From the NCBI RefSeq assembly GCF_006345805.1, contig NC_043006.1:8122001-8186000 (forward strand): 64,000 nucleotides of DNA, in the 5' to 3' direction. Positions 1 to 11,711 of the stretch are shown here, in pieces (position 1 is the first letter of the stretch; every line of letters begins with the position of its first letter). Both the position numbers and the translations under genes were made by a program. The stretch comes from Octopus sinensis. Its lineage: Eukaryota. The notes below the pieces were generated by a model. The model made no database searches. It was not told the origin of the DNA and saw only the letters and a program-made list of their open reading frames with translations.

Positions 1-310
1 GGCTTACGACAATGCTCCACAAGGCTGGATAATGAAGATACCTGATGACGCTCGTAGTCAATGAGAAGATAAACTGCTTTTTTGGAAAAGCAAGGATAGC
101 GTTGAAACTAAAAATTAGTCGTAAGCAAACGTGAAAATACGTATAGTGATATTCCAGTGAAATTCGCTCCATCTCCATTACTTTCACCATTGCGTTAATC
201 TCTCAGACAATATATTGAAAAGATCCAGGCCTGTCTATGGGGTTACCATAACCAAAGGGAAAATATACCACCTGCTTTATATGGACTACCTCAAACTATA
301 GGCACAAATT
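1..310 (+). pseudogene. Degenerate reverse transcriptase fragment of an R4/Dong-like (RLE-type) non-LTR retrotransposon
   Basis: 260-300 translates KIYHLLYMDYLKL, matching the HLLYMDDLKLY RT motif; AYDNAPQGWI at the window start resembles KAYDSVPHSWI; stops and frameshifts in between. Confidence 0.55.
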
Positions 311-949
311 CAAGCAATTTTGAGAGGAGGAGAGAGTCAATATCACCGACTACTTCACTTAACTGGTGCGTTATTTTATTGGTCCTTGACGAGTAAAAGG
401 TAAAGTTGACATCGGAAGAAATATGAACACAGAGCACAAAAATCCGAAGAACGCAGTCTTTTGCCTATGCTCTAACAATTCTACAACATCACTGCCTTCA
501 CACAGAATTGTGATTAGAAAGCTGTGTAAAATAAACTCTTAAGCAGTTAGAGCTGTCCATTGTTGATTATAGCTTGAAATTCAAATCCATCTACGGGTAA
601 AAATCTGTTCTCTATAAGAAATCAAAATGTCCATTAAGAACTTATTGCTGATTTTTTTCTTGTTTTATAAATAAAAATACAAACTTAAATAAATAAATAA
701 ATTAATAAATAAATAAAAGGAAAGTAAACATTAAAAGGGGGAATGATTTTTTTTTAAATAAAATAATTCTTTAAAGAGATTGCTCGGTGGAGTTAATGTC
801 TCTCCAGGGATTTTTTTAAATTATAGCATTAGTTTTTGTAAAGCAGGAAACACAATCTCTACCATTTGGAATTTCATTTCCCTCGAGTTTGTTTCCGCAG
901 CTATTTTTGTACATTGCAGCTAAATTCTAAAACAAATCGCGGTTTGGGT

Positions 950-1210
950 CTTTTCAGTTTGAAGGTCAGATTTTCCTAGTTAACTAAACAATTTGAAACT
1001 TCGTATACTGGTAGAATGTATCAAAAGAAAACATAATTGTAAACCAAAATGAAAACGGAATTGTAATTTCTAAGTTTAACGTTGTTTAAAAATTCGAATT
1101 TTAACCAATGATATTCTTTCTTTCGGCCTCATATTATTTACTGCTTCTCAAAATATTGTTACTGTGACGTAAACAGCTATTTTGTGACGTAGTTAACGTA
1201 AACATGTAAA
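950..1210. repeat. Interspersed DNA-transposon-like repeat; inverted copy at 11833-12095
   Basis: About 260 bp (gattttcctagttaactaaac...gtagttaacgtaaacatgtaaa) matches the reverse complement of 11833-12095 with few mismatches. Confidence 0.7.
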
Positions 1211-1629
1211 CAGACCTAGAGATTCGTTTGTGACGTAAACATCCGCTCATCGTAAATAGCTAAATTCGCTTGGCATCGTACACAGCTTTTTCAGTTCCCT
1301 AGAATTATATTTCAAAGAAAATAAAAAGAAAAAGATTCATACGCATAAATATCCATCCTTAGACATCAGAAAATGAGTGTTTAAATTATTTTCCATTGTT
1401 TGCATTGCTTACACACACACACACATACATACATACACACATACTAAAATTACATCGTTGAAGCAGTAATTTATTTATGTATTTTTTGTTATACAATTTA
1501 TTTTAAAGCTGAATCCCTATCCTGCCATTAACCCCTTTCTTATAAAATAGTTGAAGAATCTGGGGTGTAGGTATTGGAACTTTTAACTTCTTGCTCTCTA
1601 CCTTATGATCTCCGAAATTTAAGAATCTT

Positions 1630-2075
1630 GTGTTAACTCGGCTCTTATTATTTACTCTGACTCTGCCACCACCTCAATGCAAAGACTATCAATATCAGAA
1701 TCATCTTCACAACCACCACTACAACCATTACTACAACCTCGAATGCCACCACCACAACCATCTTCTGCAACCACAACCCCAAGATCAATACCAGCATCAT
1801 ATTCAAAATCACCAATTTCACCACCACTACACTCTGCAATGTCTTCAACTCTACCATCCATGAGACATCCTAACATAATCAATGCTACTACTACTATCAT
1901 CATTATCATCATCATCCACTGCCGCCACCACCACCACCACCTCTACAAAACACAACACTATAATTTCTACCATCATACACATCCACTGTCACCACTACAC
2001 CACCACTGCCATGATAACCACATCTACCACCTCCAACACCATTGCCACACCACTATCTATGAGACATCCTAAATT
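1630..2075. repeat. ACC/ATC-rich low-complexity repeat; 1851-2030 has an inverted copy at 10034-10216
   Basis: Trinucleotide-rich sequence giving spurious His/Thr/Val ORFs; ccatccatgagacatcctaacataatcaatgc... matches the reverse complement at 10034-10216. Confidence 0.75.
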
Positions 2076-2112
2076 AGAAAACTTACTTCTTTCTAGTTGC
2101 TCTTTGAGTTTA

Positions 2113-2508
2113 TCTTTATATATAAAAGAGAGGTTGTGTGTCTGTCTCCTACGATTTAGATTCCTAACTACTCCCACATTTTGCGGTGCAGTTTAACCAA
2201 AACCGGGTATCTTATAGTCGTGATTCATATCGAGCCCTTCTGGGTATTAGCGCGCGTCTACGATGAGTCTACGATTTAAAAAAAATTCACCATCATTTTT
2301 TTCCATTTTAATGCATTTTTTCGATATTATATAAGGGAAGTAACTCTCTAAAAATGTCTACGATGAGTCAACGATTTAAAAAAAATTTACCATCATTTTT
2401 TTCCATTTTTAATGCATTTTTTTTGCTATTTTTTGGCTATAACTCTCTAAAAATACTTATATAGTTATTTTCCTTACAAACCCGAGCAACGCCGGGCGAT
2501 ACTGCTAG
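2113..2508 (+). mobile_element. Non-autonomous Helitron (396 bp)
   Basis: A|TC 5' end; 3' hairpin cccgagcaacgccggg followed by CTAG|T; termini shared with 8563-9408; internal ~65 bp duplication. Confidence 0.85.
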
Positions 2509-3098
2509 TTATATCTAATCTATCTCTCTAAAAGATGCAAAGCAAGTAGCATTAAATGGTGAATGGATTTGAGCAGAAAGAGAGTAAGTTCCATTCCAGT
2601 TTACAACAATTATAGAATTATTCTCAAACCATAAATGAAGGGTGGAGAGGAGTGAAGGAGGAGTCATGTTTCCTCTGAGGGGTTACAGAAGTAATAAGCA
2701 CTGAAAAGTGGAGTTTGCGTTATTATTTTTGTTTCATAGTTTACAATTATTTCTACAAATTCATTTTGACTTATCTTCAATCATGTTTATAAACGTGACC
2801 GCTGTGCCGTCCACTATAAACATTGAATAATGTCCTATATTAAGCGATAGACAAACACTTCAGCATATTATTTTTTGTAGAGAGTTGCGAGGGATCATTT
2901 CTATGAACGGGGTATCTGTACAACGGATATGACTACATCATTAATTGTGGAGTCGTTTAAAAACACGATGCAAGATTAAGTCAACATGGAATTTTTGAAA
3001 CAATCATAAATTGTTCTATATTTTAGAGATGAGGAATTCTGTACAATATTTACATTTTTTACATTGGACGGATATTTGTCCTCATCTTGTTTGTTGCT

Positions 3099-3143
3099 AC
3101 CACAAAATTTCGGCTGATTTACTCTCAGCCTTCATCAGGTGTC
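3099..3143 (-). ncRNA. Degenerate minimal type I hammerhead ribozyme in a short repeat (~3020-3170)
   Basis: Minus strand reads GACAC CUGAUGA A GGCUG-9nt-CAGCC GAA AUUU U GUGGU; core and stem II are intact, stem III is degenerate. Confidence 0.6.
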
Positions 3144-3499
3144 CTGGTAGAATTTGAATCCAACCCTAGGTTCTAAGGTGCCATGCAGTGTGAATGAATC
3201 CGAAACTATGTGGCTGGTATGGCCGGTCAGGGAGTCACCTTTGCTTTCGCGCCTTTTACGTTCTTAGCCGTGGGAGACGTCTATATTGCTAAGAGTATAA
3301 AAAGTGTGTGAAACCAATGGTAACGTCCTGACTGGTCGTAAACCACAACTACATTAGATATTACTACGATATATCTAAAAAAAACATTTACTTGTCTCAG
3401 TCATTCGACATATTCTATCGGTTAATTTCGTCGAACTTCTAAGTTGCGGGGATGGAAAGGAAGTCAACAAGCGGTTGTCTCTGGGACAAGCACGAAGCT

Positions 3500-3613
3500 A
3501 GCCCCCTCCGGCCACAAACACGTATATACGACGGGCTTTTTTCAGTTTCCATCGTCCAAATATTTGACCTAGTGACCAGGCAGCAAACTTCTTGTCACAC
3601 AGTCACTCCTACG

Positions 3614-3655
<42 letters not shown>

Positions 3656-4530
3656 ATACACGTCCCCGTAGCTTCGCGTTTTGGAAAAAGAAACCGATAG
3701 AATAAGTGCTAGGGTGTGTAACGGGAACGTGTAGCTTCATGCACTTTTAGAGTGCAACTGGTGCATACAAATTACCGTTGCTTTAATATCCAGATTCTAC
3801 CAGTCAGAAACAACAAGACGCAAACGTAAACAATATATATACTTTATTCTCTTATAACGGTAAGAAATAAGTGGTATATCTGGTTCCGCTTGGTATGGAT
3901 GTGTCAGAGCTGAAACTTTATCGCTTGTAAGATTTTACAATGTTCAGCCGTTAAAAACAGAACTGGTCAAAATGGCGTCCGGAGGGAGAAGATGATGTGG
4001 TCTGCAACAAATGTCAGGTTGAAAGTCTTCTGCTGACTGCTACTATATCAATCCGGAGAGAGAGAGAATTACACGTCTGGTGTCTTCGATCGCTGTGCCT
4101 CAAGTCGCCGCCTACTGCTGCTATATCTCTCCGGACGCCCAGGTGGTCAAGGTTTCTACGCTCCCTTGCCTCAGCTAACTGCCACGTCAGCAAATTCCCT
4201 CTTCCGGTCTTCGCGCATGCGCGACAGGGCCCCTCCCCTCTGCCTTGGTGAAAGCACCAAATCCGCACGCGCGAAACAGAAAAGGGCGGCGCGCGCGCGC
4301 GCAACGTTGTATAGAATCACTATAAAGCTCCACCCCAGTGCCGAAGCACGAACAAAAATTCCTTGTAGTGACTATAAAACTCAAGGTGGATACCAGATAA
4401 CCAAAATAGCACACAATATAACAAAATGGCAGAATTTACAATATACACAAGAAATTTACCAAAAGGAAAAAAAGAACTACAGGTTCCAAAGAGTAAGTCC
4501 TGGGGGCGATTTCTATAACTAAAAAACCTT
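3500..4530. mobile_element. Fragments of tRNA-derived SINE family B, split by a TA tract and by the solo LTR
   Basis: 3500-3596 (minus), 3658-3716 and 4482-4530 match parts of the full copies at 34483-34872 and 41822-42216. Confidence 0.55.
3717..4481 (-). mobile_element. Putative solo LTR (765 bp) inserted in a SINE
   Basis: TGTA...TACA termini; flanks GGTG/GGTT (4-bp TSD with 1 mismatch); AATAAA on the minus strand at ~3843-3848; SINE sequence resumes on both sides. Confidence 0.55.
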
Positions 4531-5078
4531 CAAACTCTGCTTGTTGTTCTTTCACCTGTCTTCGTCGTTTGTTTTCTGTAAATTTGAACTATACACACAC
4601 ACACGCGCGCGCGCGCACACACACACACACTCACACACACACGCACACATACACACGCACACACATATATATATAGGTAAAAGATTAATGAGTGCGTGCG
4701 TTACATAAATAATATCTTCAGGATTAAATAAAAAGACAACAAACGGAAAATATGACATATGTATATATATATAATTAAAAATAAACGTATTGTAATAAAA
4801 ACAAACGAACACATACTAAATGCACAGGCGAACAGAAAAACACACAAGGTCCAAATTCTTCATCAGTTATCAGCAAGAGGAGTCAAACGCATTTCGGGCA
4901 TTATCGATACTATTGTTTCTTTCGCTGTTCGCAAAAAAGTTCGTATTCCATATTTTCGTATTTCGTATTTCCTGTTGTTTACCTTCTGTGACGTCCTGAA
5001 CCCATATATGCATATGTATATACATATATGTAAGTATATACATACAAACATGCATACATACATACATACATACATACA

Positions 5079-5110
<32 letters not shown>

Positions 5111-5691
5111 GGATTCTTTTTTAATATGCTAGACCACTGGTCTTAATTGATAAATATAAATTTCTACCCTTAATTAATTTTATATAAATAAATATGTTCT
5201 CTAACCGATAAATTAACTGCTGCTAATTATTAGCTGCAGGCTAGTTTTCTCGGGTTCAAACGCGCCAAAGTAAAGGCATTTGAAAGATATATTCAAATGT
5301 AATAGGCTGAACTCCATGCACGCGATATTTCGGTATCGTGTTTGCATCTAGTCCAGCAAATTACATTTATAACGGACCATGCTGATGATGGCTGCAGTTT
5401 TCCTTGCGGAAAATAACAGCTGAAACTAATTTAGTACATGGGTAATTATTTTATTTCGTATATTTTTCACTTGTTTATTGCTATGGTTTTGTGTTGAGTT
5501 TGATCTGAGAACATAATCTTTTGTGGTGAATGGCGATTTGACGTCTATATCTAGCATGTTGACTGTCCACTTTTCGTGTTCAGTCCTTAATTGGTATATA
5601 TAAATATTTTAATCTTCGGATTCTTTTTTAATATGCTAGACCACTGGTCTTAATTGATAAATATCAATTTCTACCCTTAATTAATTTTATA

Positions 5692-5692
<1 letters not shown>
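5111..5692 (+). mobile_element. Hammerhead-bearing short element bounded by ~75 bp direct repeats (retrozyme/Penelope-like non-autonomous unit)
   Basis: ggattctttt...ctacccttaattaattttatata at 5111-5185 and 5618-5692; ends in (TA)n. Confidence 0.6.
5377..5441 (+). ncRNA. Type I hammerhead ribozyme, canonical core
   Basis: CCAUG CUGAUGA U GGCUG...CAGCU GAA ACUA-AUU-UAGU A CAUGG; stems I, II and III all pair; GUA cleavage triplet. Confidence 0.8.
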
Positions 5693-5724
<32 letters not shown>

Positions 5725-5824
5725 CAAATTATATATATATACATATACATATATATATATATATATATACAAATTATATATATTTTTATATATATATATA
5801 TATAAATGTATACAATGTATACAC

Positions 5825-5880
5825 TGTCCAACCCTTGCTAGCACGGAAAACGGACGTTAAACGATGATGATGATGATGAT
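5825..5880 (+). mobile_element. 3' tail fragment of a SINE/LINE ending in (GAT)n
   Basis: ccaacccttgctagcacggaaaacggacgttaaac followed by (gat)6. Confidence 0.45.
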
Positions 5881-6199
5881 TCTCCGTATTTCTTTCTCTC
5901 TCCTTTCTCTCTCACTTTCCCACTCTCTTAGTTTTCTTATCTCTCGGACTCTTCCTCGCTTTCTCTTACTCTCTATCTTTATCTATCTCTCTCCCATTTA
6001 TAAACAACAGAAGATCTTGAGTAAGTTGAGAAATAAAATATTTAGAAAGATCAATCAGAAATATGAGGCAGTGATAATGAAAAAGTCTGCTTCAAGGCAG
6101 ACAGCAAAATGCTAACATTTAAAAGGGACAGACGGACTTGCGAGCCGAAGAAAAATAATAAAATATTGGAAACCAAAGTTTGAAGGGATAGAATCTGAG

Positions 6200-6673
6200 G
6201 ATAGTAGAGTCACCATGGCTGGCATTTCTTAATGACCGACAGCAACGTAGTGACAGTTTAACGACTGGCGTAAAATTTTCAACTTGATGTAAAAGAAAAT
6301 TCGTAAACACCAAGTTTTCTCTCACGACAGTAGACTCACCATGGACTCTTTATCATGGACTCTTTATCATGGACGGCAACACATTGACAATTAAAAGGCT
6401 GGCGCAAATTTTTTAGCTTGATGTAACAGAGAATTCCTAAACACCCGCTCCTTTAAATTTTAATCACATTCCAGCGAGCTCTGGTCGCCATAGCGCTCAC
6501 TGTGGTCTCGTAGCCGTGGACAGTGAGCCCAATGGCGCCCAGAGCCCAGCTCAACACACTCCTTATACCCTAAGTAAGTCATGTGTAAAATTTGAATGAA
6601 ATTGGTTGTGTAGTTCTCAAGTTTTAGGGAAACACACAGACAGACAGACACACATTCTCAGATACATAAAAGA
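6200..6673 (-). mobile_element. Helitron-like non-autonomous element (5' head on minus strand) with ~135 bp imperfect internal tandem repeats
   Basis: 6560-6660 is the reverse complement of the head at 59550-59645; two imperfect repeats at ~6200-6310 and ~6327-6445; 3' end not identified. Confidence 0.5.
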
Positions 6674-7357
6674 ATGAGAGTGGGTGATGTTTTGTTTGTT
6701 GGACCAATGTATTAAGGTAGTATTGTTTTATTGTTTTAAAACGAAAGAGACAATGTGTTCGGTTCAAAAATAAAAAAGACAAACGTCCGCCAATGGGAAG
6801 ACAGTTCATATTCGATTAGAGCACTCTGGGTATAATCATAAAAGTGAAAAATGGAATTTTTAGGCAAATCAAACAGTGAAAAACCAAAAACAAAAACATA
6901 AAAAAAAATATAATATAGAAAATATAAAACTGAAAAATTTAAATTAAATTGAAAATAAAAATTATTAAATTATATTTATAATTTGTTTAAAAATATATAT
7001 AACTATGAAAATGTATGAGAAAGTTTAATATACATAACTACAGATATATACACTTTGTATATATACATTATATATACATATTTATATATAGAACACACAC
7101 ACACATACATTATATATACATATATGAGTGACAGATACTTTAAATAACGGTAGTGGCACTATCAAATATATAAATAAAGGGGAGTGAGAGGGTACTGGAG
7201 GAAATAGCGTGAGTGAGGAAGATGGCCCCTAGCAACCACACCTTTTAAGATAGGGATTTCTAAGGTAGCCCACGAGCTTCGTCACCTATTTCTACATGTC
7301 CCTGTAAATTTTGGAGCGAATCGGACGGGACGTAGTGGTATTGAAAGCGATCCAAGC

Positions 7358-7437
<80 letters not shown>

Positions 7438-7438
<1 letters not shown>

Positions 7439-8000
7439 CTCTTATTATAAAAGGCAGATTTTATCTGCCTCCCTTTGTCAGTTATAGAAATCTACAATAT
7501 AGGATTTCTTCAATTACAATTTACCTAGCGTTTTTAAGAGTAGAATGCATCGGGTCATGCCAGGTACAGTTTTTAAAATTTCAACCCCAATTAAGCAAAA
7601 TTTAGAGAAAACTCACATTGTGGTGTGTAAGCCAAGTGCTTTTCTTATTGTGGGCTAGAGCACACGCACACACACACACACACACACACAAACGGAACGA
7701 TCTGATTCACTCACGCTATCACTCTAATTTCTACTCCTATCTCTTTGCAAGTGTGCAACGATTAAAGTGAAACTATTTCTATAAAACGAGAGAAGTGTAC
7801 CTTAAACCACTACTAAAAAAAACACAGCAAACAGAAACAAATAAATACATAACGATTTACTCGTCACAAAATTTCTTCAATTAGAGTTTACCCATGATTT
7901 TTCAAAGTACTGACATTGGGTCATGCCATACAAAATTTCTTTCAATTTTACCCCCCAATTAAGACAAAATTCGAGAAAACTCAATATTTTAACATTTCAC
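7438..8000 (+). mobile_element. Helitron-like head with an internal repeat
   Basis: A|TC...tattataaaag head like the other Helitron heads; ccccaattaag(a)caaaatt..gagaaaactca at ~7585 and ~7955; 3' end not seen. Confidence 0.35.
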
Positions 8001-8562
8001 TCTGCATATTACTCCCACTTCCTCTTTACACACATAGACACGCAAATATATAAATAAAATTGTAAGCTAACGTGTGTGTGTGTGTTAGTGTGTGTGTGTG
8101 TGTGTGTGTGTGCGTGTGTGTTAGTGGGTGTGTGTGTGTGTGTGCGTCTGTGTGTGTGTGAGGGTGCGTGTGTGTCTGTGTGTGTGTGTGTGCGTGTGTG
8201 TGAGTGTGACAGGGATGAGCAAGTCAAACTGGTCATCCTTTTTGCTAGATCACCTAACATCTAAAGTTATCTCTAAGTAGCAGTCGCCCAAAAGTGTATA
8301 TAGACACACACATGTATGTATAATGTGTGTGTATATATTTCCATAGAGGTAACCATTCACTCCATACAAAGTTATTTAGGACGAATTGGACGAATATAAG
8401 ATCTAAAGTATATCCAAGTAGCAGAAAGATCGCCCAAAAGTGTATATAGATATTTAAATGTATTTATATATTCATCTATACACACATATATGTATAATGT
8501 GTGTGTATATATTTCCATAGAGGTAACCATTCACTCCGCACAAAATCTGGGACGGACGAAAA

Positions 8563-9408
8563 TCTTTATACATAAAAGAAAGGTTGTGTGTCTGTCTACT
8601 CCGATTTAGATTCCTAACTACTCCCACATTTTGCGATGCAGTTTAACCAAATCCGGGTATCTTATAGTCGTGATTAATATCGAGCCCTTCTGGGTATTAG
8701 CGCGCGTATATGATGAGTCTACGATTTTAAAAATAATTTACCATCATTTTTTCCCATTTTAATGCATATTTTAAAAAATAAACGGAAGTAACTCTCAAAC
8801 TTCACACCAATATGCGTGCTCATATGCGACGTAATATCACATCAGCAGCATTTCCTCACATCCTCCTTGCACTTGGCGAAGGCAAAATACCAGGGGATGA
8901 AAATGGTAATATTGCCATCGATTCCATTTGTACCATTGTTAAGACGCCTTCTGATCTCAGAGATGCAGTGTTCCCAGATCTACAAGCTAATTATCAGAAT
9001 ATGGATTGGATTGGCAAAAAGGTTATACTGGCCCCGAGGAATAAAACTGTTCACCATATTAATGATGAAATGCTAAAACTCATTCCTGGGGAAGTCTATG
9101 TATATCAGTCTATCGATACAACTCCTGACCCAGAGGACGTCATCAACTATCCAATAGAGGTACTCAATTCCTTTGAGCACCCCGGACTACCACCACACTT
9201 TCTCAAACTTAAAGTTGGTGCCCCAAAATGCTCATAAGAAATTTGGTTCCCCCAAAACAATGCAATGGCACACGTTTGATCGTTAAGTCCTTATCTCCCA
9301 CCGTAAACTTATGTCCATATTTGCCTGAATAATCATCATAATTCAGTGCAATCATTAACAGTACTTTCAAGCAATTCAGCCCCGAGCAACGCCGGGCAAT
9401 TCTGCTAG
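8563..9408 (+). mobile_element. Internally deleted Helitron carrying a helicase fragment (846 bp)
   Basis: A|TC start; first ~240 bp match 2113-2350; same 3' hairpin plus CTAG|T. Confidence 0.88.
8812..9300 (+). pseudogene. PIF1-family (Helitron RepHel) helicase C-terminal fragment
   Basis: ILAPRNKTVHHIN and LNSFEHPGLPPHFLKLKVGAP, then after a frameshift MLIRNLVPPKQCNGTRLIV; these are PIF1 helicase motifs. Confidence 0.88.
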
Positions 9409-9420
9409 TACATATATATA

Positions 9421-9464
<44 letters not shown>

Positions 9465-10354
9465 CTGAAGTTGTCTGCATATATGTATGTATGTATGTGT
9501 GTGTATACGTATGTATGTGTAGAGACCTCTTTTGGCTCCACCTGAGTTTTGAAACTGAATGAGTAAATTTCCCCCTAACTATAGAGCCTTATTGTTCTGT
9601 TGAGGAACAATGTTGTTTTATTCAACCGATGGCCTTCCCAACATTTGATTGATGAATTGTCCTCTTGATCCATAACCCTTCTAGTTTGTAAAGGGTTTTA
9701 ATAAGTAATATAAGGGATCTTTACCCTTTCAACGGCAGATCGAGAAATATATTTTTTGTAACTAAACACTTTCAACCTTCGGACACTAACCCTAACCCTA
9801 ATGTGTCATATAAAACATATTTTACTTTTAATGTTACTTTTGACCGCGGCCATGCTGGAGCATCGCCTTAAATCGAGCAACTCGACCCCGGGACTTATTC
9901 TTTTTGTAAGCCCAGTACTTATTCTATCCTTAGCCAATCATATTGTCTGTTTTCATTTGAAATTATTAGCTGCATAGTGTTAATGTGACGTAGATAGCTA
10001 CTTTGTGAGTGGGTAAGCAGTAAGCAAACAGCTGTGGTAGATGTGGTTATCATGGCAGTGGTGGTAGTGGTGAAAGTGGATGTGTATGATGGCAGCAATT
10101 ATAGTGTTGGTGTTTTTGTAGAGGTGGTGGTGGTGGTGGCAGTGGATGATGATGATAATGATGATGATAGTAGTAGTAGTAGCATTGATTATGTTAGGAT
10201 GTCTCATGGATGGTAGTGTTGGTGTGTGTGTGTGTGTATGTATGGATCAAAACAGTTTGATTCAAATTCTGTGGTTCTTATATATTCATACATACATATA
10301 CATGTAGATGTATATAACATATATATATTGTATGTAAACATCTTTTATATATAT

Positions 10355-10426
<72 letters not shown>

Positions 10427-10500
10427 GTATGCATCTATAATACACACACATTGTAAATATATACACATATATGCATATGCATTAGAATATGTGTGTATAG

Positions 10501-10570
<70 letters not shown>

Positions 10571-10576
<6 letters not shown>

Positions 10577-11110
10577 AGGGCTTAGTAAAATAAATTACTT
10601 TGCCACATACTGAACTCATTAGAAATAGCAGCTAAAGAAATTTCTTCAGCTATTTCTAATAATTTCTTCAGCTATTTCTAATACTTTTAGTTCGAGCAGA
10701 ATTCTAGAGGTGATTAGAAGCCGAAAGGTTATGCTCCCGACTTTCAGTGTTCCCAAATCCGATTCAAGGAATTCTGAGCTGAAGAAAGAAATGTCGAATT
10801 GACTAATCTAGAAACGTACGTTCTCAAATAACCTTTGCACTTGATTTTTTAATGTTTTTTCCCCCATACTTTTGTGAGTTGGTTTAGGCAAACACTATCT
10901 GAGAGAGATCTTCTTTAAGTATTAGAAATAGCTGAAGAAATTTCTTTAGCTGCTATTTCTAATGAGTTCAGTATGTGGCAAAGTAATTTATTTTACTAAG
11001 CCCTTATATATAATGTAACATTTTGAATTCGCCTATAATGGTCCCTTTACATACTGAATACTTGGTGAAATTGATTATTAATTAATTAATTTTACCCTCA
11101 ATTGTTGAAA
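10571..11110 (+). mobile_element. Foldback element: (TA)n-Y-spacer-Y'-X
   Basis: ~90 bp inverted arms at 10571-10661 and 10920-11010; tail ends ttttaccctc; 10683-11110 is duplicated at 11240-11666. Confidence 0.7.
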
Positions 11111-11239
11111 TTATAATTCATCTCTCTCTGCTAAATGCTGCGATTTTCACCGTTAATACATGGTGTTTGTCAATTTTAACCCACGCTGGTGGAAAGGGGA
11201 GAGCAGATATTCTTCGCTTGCATATTCGAATTTGATAGC

Positions 11240-11662
11240 ACTTTTAGTTCGAGCAGAATTCTAGAGGTGATTAGAAGCCGAAAGGGTATGCTCCCGACTT
11301 TCAGTGTTCCCAAATCCGATTCAAGGAATTCTGAGCTGAAGAAAGAAATGTCGAATTGACTAATCTAGAAACGTACGTTCTCAAATAACCTTTGCACTTG
11401 ATTTTTTAATGTTTTTTCCCCCATACTTTTGTGAGTTGGTTTAGGCAAACACTATCTGAGAGAGATCTTCTTTAAGTATTAGAAATAGCTGAAGAAATTT
11501 CTTTAGCTGCTATTTCTAATGAGTTCAGTATGTGGCAAAGTAATTATTTTACTAAGCCCTTATATATAATGTAATATTTTTAATTCGCCTATAATGGTCC
11601 CTTTACATACTGAATACTTGGTGAAATTGTTTATTAATTAATTAATTTTACCCTCAATTGTT

Positions 11663-11666
<4 letters not shown>
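11240..11666 (+). repeat. Near-identical tandem duplicate of 10683-11110
   Basis: Direct match at offset ~557 with only a few substitutions/indels. Confidence 0.85.

Positions 11667-11711
<45 letters not shown>

Noticed and set aside
771-1384. Possible Kolobok element flanked by TTAA
   Set aside because: Termini inside the TTAA sites are not inverted repeats; superfamily unassignable
1630-2196. His/Pro/Thr/Val-rich overlapping ORFs
   Set aside because: Low-complexity trinucleotide repeat with a dispersed inverted copy; no domain signal
9786-9801. Telomere-like (TAACCC)2
   Set aside because: Only two units; not an interstitial telomere
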